Below the pieces are notes generated by a model. It was not told the DNA's origin, did not search any database, and was given only the letters and a program-made list of their open reading frames with translations. Shown here in pieces: positions 57,001-64,000 of a stretch of DNA of 64,000 nt. Source of the stretch: Octopus sinensis (lineage: Eukaryota). The stretch covers positions 11,470,001 through 11,534,000 of the forward strand of contig NC_042999.1 in the NCBI RefSeq assembly GCF_006345805.1. Direction: 5' to 3'. A program made the position numbers and the translations under genes. Each line of letters starts with the position of its first letter. Position 1 is the stretch's first letter.

Positions 57001-57860
57001 TGGTGGTGGTGGTTGGAGTTGTGTGTATATATACACACACACATATACACAATTTGCAATCTTAAACATAGTCTAACTTGATTTGTCATTTGTTTACAGA
57101 GAAAACTGGATTGAACTTGAAAATTTCCTGATTCAAATATTCAATTTATTATTTTGTTTCCTTTCCTAATTTATAAATAAATATAAATAAATTAAGAAAT
57201 GGAGTTAAACGCAGATGTTATTCAAATCTTTATACTTCCGACATATGTTTCAAAGAAAACATTGATATTATTCCTGAGGCAATAAAATGATGTAAAACAA
57301 TGCAATCATCTCGTCAGGGGAAAAAAAGAGGAGCAAAACACATCAATAAGCCATTTTAACCAAATGTGATTACGGCGTATATCAAAAGGGAACACTGGCA
57401 AGTTATTTTTTAAAAAACCGTTAATAGATTTTATATAAATAAAATATATCTTTCTCTTTCTCTTCTTACTTGTTTCAGACATTTGACTGCGGCCATGCTG
57501 GTGCACCGCCTTTAATCGAGCAACTCGAACCCCGGGGCTTATTCTTTGTAAGCCCAGTACTTATTCCATTGGTCTCTTTTGCCGAACTGCTAAGTGACGG
57601 GGACATAAACACACCAGCATCGGTTGTCAAGCAATGCTAAGGGGACAAACACAGACACACAAACATATACACGCACATACATATATATATACATGTATAC
57701 GACGGGCTTCTTTCAGTTTCTGTCTACCAAATCCACTCACAAGGCTTTGGTTGGCCCGAGGCTATAGTAGAAGACACTTGCCCAAGGTGCCACGCAGTGG
57801 GACTGAACCCAGAACCATGTGGTTGGTAAGCAAGCTACTTACCACACATCCACTCCTACG

Positions 57861-57911
<51 letters not shown>

Positions 57912-60723
57912 TCTATTAACATTTAAAAAAAAATAACTTGCCAGTGTTCCCTTAATCATATGTATATATGTATAAACATGCTTAGTAGCTTACAAAGTGT
58001 GTCAACTACAAACACACACGTGACTATATATCCATGGATGAATGGAAATCTCTAAATACAGAGAAATGAAGAAAAGCAGGAAACTTACCCAAAATTTAAC
58101 TAAGAAAAATGCTGCCTGAGGACCTTTATCATACAATTCCTTCAAACCACCTTTCTTTTCAGGGAATTTATCATATATTTGTTTGATATCAACAGCCTAA
58201 AAAGGGAAGAGAAATAAAAAGGAATTCAATCCCAGAGTCATCAACATTGACATGAACATCACTAACAACACCAAAATCGTCTCATCTTCTTCTTCTTCCA
58301 CTCTCCTCACCAAATTTGTAAACCCAGATTTACATGAGTTCCTTTAATTTTGTAGTTTTAGTCGAAATTTATTTCAGTCTGAACCTAATAATTTCTTCTT
58401 TGTGGTCGGTAACCATCTGAAAACATTTCCAACATCTGGTTTTTAGGGAGCTTTTAGTAGGGGTTTGATATAGTTTTTGACTGTTTTTACCTAAATTTGA
58501 AATAATAACAACATTGGGCATTATTGATTCCAAAATACATCAATAGTCCTTAATAAGTTTGTTTGCCTTTGTTTCTATTGATTTTGAATGAAGAATTTAG
58601 TCAAATAACTTTGTTCTCTGTCGTTATAAACAGGAGATGAGAACTTAAATAAAATAAAATTTTGATGGAAGATTTTAATTGAGATCATTCTAAAACAGAA
58701 AATTTGTATCATAAAAAGAAGGGCAATCTCAGAAAGGCTGGTATCAAGAGGGTCGATTCTATTCAAATCCTCATAAAGGTACAAAATTCCTGGAAATTAC
58801 GCCAATTTCAGGTTATCTTGGAGATGTTTCTCATTACCTAATTAATGGCCAAGAAATTAAATGGAACTCACTTCTACAAAATAATAAAATACATGAAATG
58901 ATTGGAACGGAGCACTGCACCGAAAAATGGTACTTATTTATAGTTTTGTGGACTGAGTCACAGAAAACTAAGAGACTTAGCCAAAAACACAATCTAGGAA
59001 TGGTAAAAGGATACAAAATGTGGATCTGCAATTCTAATAATCTCACAACTCAGCCAACTAGGGTCCTCTTTAATTTTGGAAAATTCTTAAAAAAAAATGT
59101 AATAATCCATTTTTGAATAACAGAGCAGTTGCAGGGTGACCTCCCTAGAGTTGGTGGCATGGAAGACAAAAAAAAAAAAGCACCAGTCCATTCAGTAAAG
59201 TGGTTGGTAATAATAATAATAATAATAATAATCGACTGGCCTCCCTGCTGCGGGCACATAAAAAACACCATCCGAGCGTGGCCGTTTGCCAGCCTCGTGT
59301 GGCACCTGTGTCGGTGGCACATAAAATCACCCACTACACTCTCGGAGTGGTTGGCGTTAGGAAGGGCATCCAGCTGTAGAAACACTGCCAGATCTGACTG
59401 GCCTGGTGCAGCCTTCGGGCTCCCCAGACCCCAGTTGAACCGTCCAACCCATGCTAGCATGGAAAACGGACGCTAAATGAATGATGATGAATAATAATAA
59501 TAAGGGTATCCAGCGCCACAGAAACCAAACCAAAAATAAAACAACTGGAGTCTATTGAATCGAGTCAAACTGTCCAACTCATGGAACAGGACTGTTTGGT
59601 GTTGTTGTTGATGATGATGATGATGATGATGATGACAGTGGTGGTGTTGGTGTTAGTGATGAAGATGATGATGATGATAATAGCAGAATATTTAACAAGG
59701 AATCAATTTACTCACCTCCAGTAAAGGATCCGAATAGCTGGCATTTGATTCTATGTGTACAAATAAATGTTTGTGATACTGAATGAAGAAAGAACGAGAG
59801 AAAAGCAAAATTAATTTTATGAAGTTTGCCAAAAAATAAAATAATTAAAATAATTTATTTTACAGGAGAAAGAAGAAGAAGAAGAAGAAGAAGAAGAAGA
59901 AGAAGAAGAAGAAGAAGAAGAAATAGAAGAAGAAGAAGAAGAAGGAGAAGAAGAAGAAGAAGAAGAAGAAGGAGAAGAAGAAGAAGAAGAAGAGAAATAG
60001 AAGAAGAAGAAGAAGAAGAAGAGAAGAAGAAGAAGAAGAAGAAGAAGAAGAAGAAGAAGAAAGAAGAAGAAGAGAAGAAGAAGGGAACCCCCCCCCCGAA
60101 ATTATTGGGAAAAACTTACTGAATCTGGCTCCCGATGATGTTCCAAGAAAGCAGAGAACTCAACCAAACGTAATTTCGGACCAGCAATCGACCGACCTTG
60201 CCAAGGTGGACTTACTTCATTGTGTGATGTGTTGGGTTTTGTATCTAAGCCATAAGGTGGAGTGGCAAACGGTTTCACACTGGATGAGGAGGAGAACAGA
60301 AGGAAGGAAGCAAAAGGTTTTAGTATTATATTGAAATAGTGCAAGGTGTGAGGGTTTATGAAATGGAGGTTTTTTGGTGGTGGGGGGGCAGAGGGGTTAT
60401 TTATTCCCCTAAGTACCTGCCTGTGAGATTTCCAGTATAAATAAATTAGCTGCTGCTACTACTACTACTACTATTATTATTCAGACAGCAAGCTAGCAGA
60501 ATTGTTAGGATGCTGGTGGAAATACTTTGTGGTGTTTCGTCTGCTGTTAGGGTCTGAGTTCGAATTTTGCTGAGGTTGACTTTGCCTTTCATCTTTTCAG
60601 GTGTCAGTAAAATTAGTACCAGTTATGTACTGGGGTCGATGCAATCGACTTAATCCTTCTCCCAAAATTTGAGGCCTTGTGCTTCCAATAGAAAGGATTA
60701 TTATTATTATTATATTATTATTA

Positions 60724-60765
<42 letters not shown>

Positions 60766-62221
60766 GGCAGTGAGTTGGCAGAATCGTTAGCATGCCGGGC
60801 GAAATGTTTAGTGGTATTTTGTCTGTTGCTATGTTCTGAGTTCAAATTCTGCCGAGGTCAACTTTGACTTTCATCCTTTCGGGGTCGATAAAATAAGTAT
60901 GAGCTGAATACTAGGGTCAATGTAATCAACTCTCCCCCCTCCCACCAAATTTCAGGCCTTGTGCCCATAGCAGAAAGGATTATTATTATTATTATTATTA
61001 TTATAATCATCATCATCATCATTAGCTGTTGTAGCCCCTTCATTACTATTTTTCTATTGAAATAATCTGCCTTTATTACAATTAATTTTCAAAATAATGA
61101 AGAATTTAGTAATTATGAAGCTGGTGTTTGAAACTTAAAATGAATATGAAATTTTAATGGTGAATCTTAATTTAGATTAGTTTAAAACAGGAAGTAACTT
61201 TGGAAGTCTACTTTTGCCACCAGAGATATAGTATCAGAAAATATGGCAGACATACAATAATTATAACTTAACTTTTATCAAATTCTTGGTGTTTATATAA
61301 AATAATGAAACGGATACTAATTTTTAAAAGAAGAATATTCATTACATTAATATAAAATAAAACAAATTTCTCATTTGTATTTTTACAACAAATTATTATT
61401 TTCCTGAATTTTATCAATATAATTGCAATCCATACCATAGAAAGAAAAAAAATCTCAAAATTCATAAAAAATTTTCCAGAAAGTTACGACCCTCATTCTG
61501 CACCTTTTTATGTAAACCCTCCGTTTCTCTTTTGCTTTTTCTCTCTCTCCCTCTTTCTATGACTGCAGAAATCAACCAACCAACATTTTATACTGGCTTT
61601 TACCAAATGGAAATTTAAAATACGATCCTAATTGTCAACATAATTACAGTAAAAGTGAGAAAATTAAATCCATGTTTCAATCTAGTTAGTCTTTCGTTCA
61701 TTAACTAAACGATGGAAATTTCCAAATCATTCTTATATTAAAGATAAACCAGAAGAGGAACAGATATAATCCTGATGGTTGCAACGAAGGACATGTAAAC
61801 GAGAGAAATGTGAACAGAGATAATGAGTAGAGGAGATTATGGGAGAATAAGAACTGCCTTTGGTGAGCATATTTCTGCTGAAATATATTGCCTTTGTGCC
61901 AATTAATTTAGAAAATAATGAAGCATTTGATTAAAATATCTTTGTCATCATGTCTGGAATATAAACATGAAAGTTTGATGGACAAACTTTTAATTTTTGA
62001 TCATTTTAAATCAGGAAATTTCTATAATTAACAGCATCAGCAGTCTGAAGCCAGTTCTTGGATATCAAAACAGGGAACTCTGACCGAAATAGCATCAACA
62101 GATTGATTCTATTTGGCAGGAATGTAATGGTAACAAGATGACTATTTATTGAAACGGAAGAGACACAACATTAGGAAAGTACTTACTCTGGTGTTTGGGG
62201 TGGCATTCCTGGTCCCCAGAA
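51046..62221 (-). CDS. TEAD: TEAD/scalloped transcription factor, 5'-partial; 8 coding exons in transcript order: 62221-62187, 60279-60120, 59778-59716, 58196-58089, 56054-55996, 53728-53647, 52996-52844, 51159-51046 (stop TGA)
   Basis: The spliced translation is [16 protein letters not shown]...[91 protein letters not shown]...[97 protein letters not shown]...[10 protein letters not shown]. This is the TEAD YAP-binding domain, including the palmitoylated Cys of RSPMCEY. Donors are GTAAGT or GTGAGT and the phases match. The TEA DNA-binding exons lie beyond 64000. Confidence 0.97.
51242..51654 (-). mobile_element. Family B (Deu/Nin-like) SINE
   Basis: Reverse complement of the 22568-22967 element, with the same duplicated domain. 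Confidence 0.75.
57460..57862 (-). mobile_element. Full-length family A SINE
   Basis: Colinear and highly similar to 6738-7130. Confidence 0.85.
59234..59490 (+). mobile_element. Family C SINE-like element
   Basis: Head units, GGTTGGCGTTAGGAAGGGCATCC and a (GAT)n tail, sitting within (AAT)n. Confidence 0.75.
59864..60086. repeat. Long (GAA)n polypurine tract in a TEAD intron
   Basis: ~220 bp of almost pure purine (only two T's), filling most of the 341-bp intron 59779-60119. Confidence 0.95.
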
Positions 62222-62856
62222 CTGCAAGAGAAACAAACAAAACCATTTAATATGACAGCTAATATATAAGGCTGACATGGTGACATGCATAGCCAGATAG
62301 TCTTTTACACACACACACACACACACATCAACAAATCTCCTAAACTATTTAATTCTGATGCAAGCCTTTAGCCTTTAAACAGGCACAAATATTTTATGCT
62401 TTTTTTTTTAATGCTCAAACTGGCCAGATCCAGCCTCTCACACCTGCCTTACAATGTCATTTTAAAATAAACAATTACATCCTTGAAATCTCAATGCTAC
62501 AGGATAATACCTGATTAATTCCAAACAATGTGAATAAATAAACGTCACATTTGATAGAGTCAGATGAATCCTAAAGAGTTGAACACCAAAAACTTTTTCC
62601 TTGACCAAACATATTCAATTGTTGAGATTTCTCTTTTGTTTTCAATAAACTGAAAGAAAGAACTCCTTCAAAATTTAAGCAAGAGTATCTTTTGTAATAA
62701 TAAAGCACCAAACATTTATAGGACTTCATTAAAAGCCAGGAATTGTTAATTACAGATATATTTTTATTAAATTTTGAAATTGTGAACCAATGTGACATTT
62801 TAAGATGGAAGTCAATTTCTGATGAGGTGTGCAGCCAAGTATCGTATACAATATGC

Positions 62857-62887
<31 letters not shown>

Positions 62888-63271
62888 ATTTTACTTCTCA
62901 GAGCTCTCAGTTTGACTTATTCTAGTTAATTCTGTGAAAGCAGGCAGCAACCTGTTGTGAAGGGTCTCACAGGGTCTCTTTCCACAACACTTAACACCCA
63001 AGGACCAGAGAAGTTTTTAGAGTATGTTCTCCCCTCACGTCAATCCCAATTTCTCAAACATCGTTGTTAGTGCCCCACCACCACCACCACCACCACCACC
63101 ACCACCACCATTACAACTACAGGGAGGACACTTACTCTCTTCATTACCCACAAAATTCTTGCAATTTTGTCTTTTACTAACTTGTAACACTGTTGTTGTT
63201 GTTGTTGTTCAGGCCTTGTGCCTTTAGTAGAAAGGCTTATCATTATTATTATTATTATTATTGTCATCATC

Positions 63272-63307
<36 letters not shown>

Positions 63308-64000
63308 GTCAAGGTTGATAAAATAACATTCAGGTGCTGCAGTCGATGTAACTGACTGAGCCCTTCCTTCAAAAATTGCTGGCCTTGTACCAAAATTTGA
63401 GTTAATCATCATCATCATCATCATTATTATTATTATTATTAATTATTATTATTATTAAGGTGGGAAGCTGGCACAAATCATTAAAACACCAGCAATATTT
63501 AGCAGTGTTTCGTCCATCTTTACATTCTAAGTTCAAATGTCACCTAAGCCAACTTTGCTTTAGGGGTTGTTCAATAAAATAAGGACCAGTCAAGCACTGG
63601 AGTCAGTGTAATCAACCAGCCCCCTCACCACCACCATCACCACTCCTGTAAAATTCCTTAGAGAAATTATTACTATTATTTTTAACTCTGGTTTTTTGTT
63701 GGAACTCTTGGAATGCATGAGTAGCAGGCTTGCAACCTGCAGCCTCTGGTGTCAGGCAATTTGTTCTCCTCAATTTATCATCATCATCATCATCATCATC
63801 ATTATTATTAAGGTGGTGAGCTTGCAGGATCGTTAGCATGGTGGGTAAAATGCTTAGCAGCATTCCATCTGTCTTTACGTTCTGAGTTCAAATTCTGTCG
63901 GGGTCAACTTTGCCCTTTCGGGATTGCTAAAGTAAGTACCAGTTGTACACTGGGGTTGATGTAATCGACTTAACCCCTCCCCCGAACTTGCTGGCTTTGT

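Noticed and set aside
59826-60122. Poly-Arg/Glu/Lys ORF
   Set aside because: Translation of the (GAA)n microsatellite; the same applies to the poly-I/Y/M/L ORFs elsewhere in the track.

Overview
AT-rich, microsatellite-rich eukaryotic genomic DNA. The repeat landscape suggests an octopus or other coleoid cephalopod (inference). Two intron-containing genes converge tail to tail. (1) The 3' 14 coding exons of muskelin (MKLN1; kelch repeats plus C-terminus, ~495 codons) run on + from 2554 to the stop at 31419; its 3' UTR carries a ~1.33 kb tandem duplication. (2) The 3' 8 coding exons of a TEAD/scalloped transcription factor (YAP-binding domain) run on - from 62221 to the stop at 51046. All exons were assembled by hand with GT-AG junctions and consistent phases. 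The introns hold a near-complete CR1-type LINE ORF2, a Dong/R4-type REL fragment inside (TAA)n, a Penelope-like GIY-YIG remnant with inverted pseudo-LTRs, an RTE fragment, a non-autonomous Helitron, a mariner fragment, TTAA MITEs and three abundant SINE families. The most unusual items are a tRNA-headed short element carrying a minimal hammerhead ribozyme, arranged as a head-to-head palindrome (15213-15675), a U6 snRNA retrocopy fused to a SINE/LINE 3' tail (18004-18164), and several further hammerhead-like cores. Most ORFs in the supplied track are spurious.
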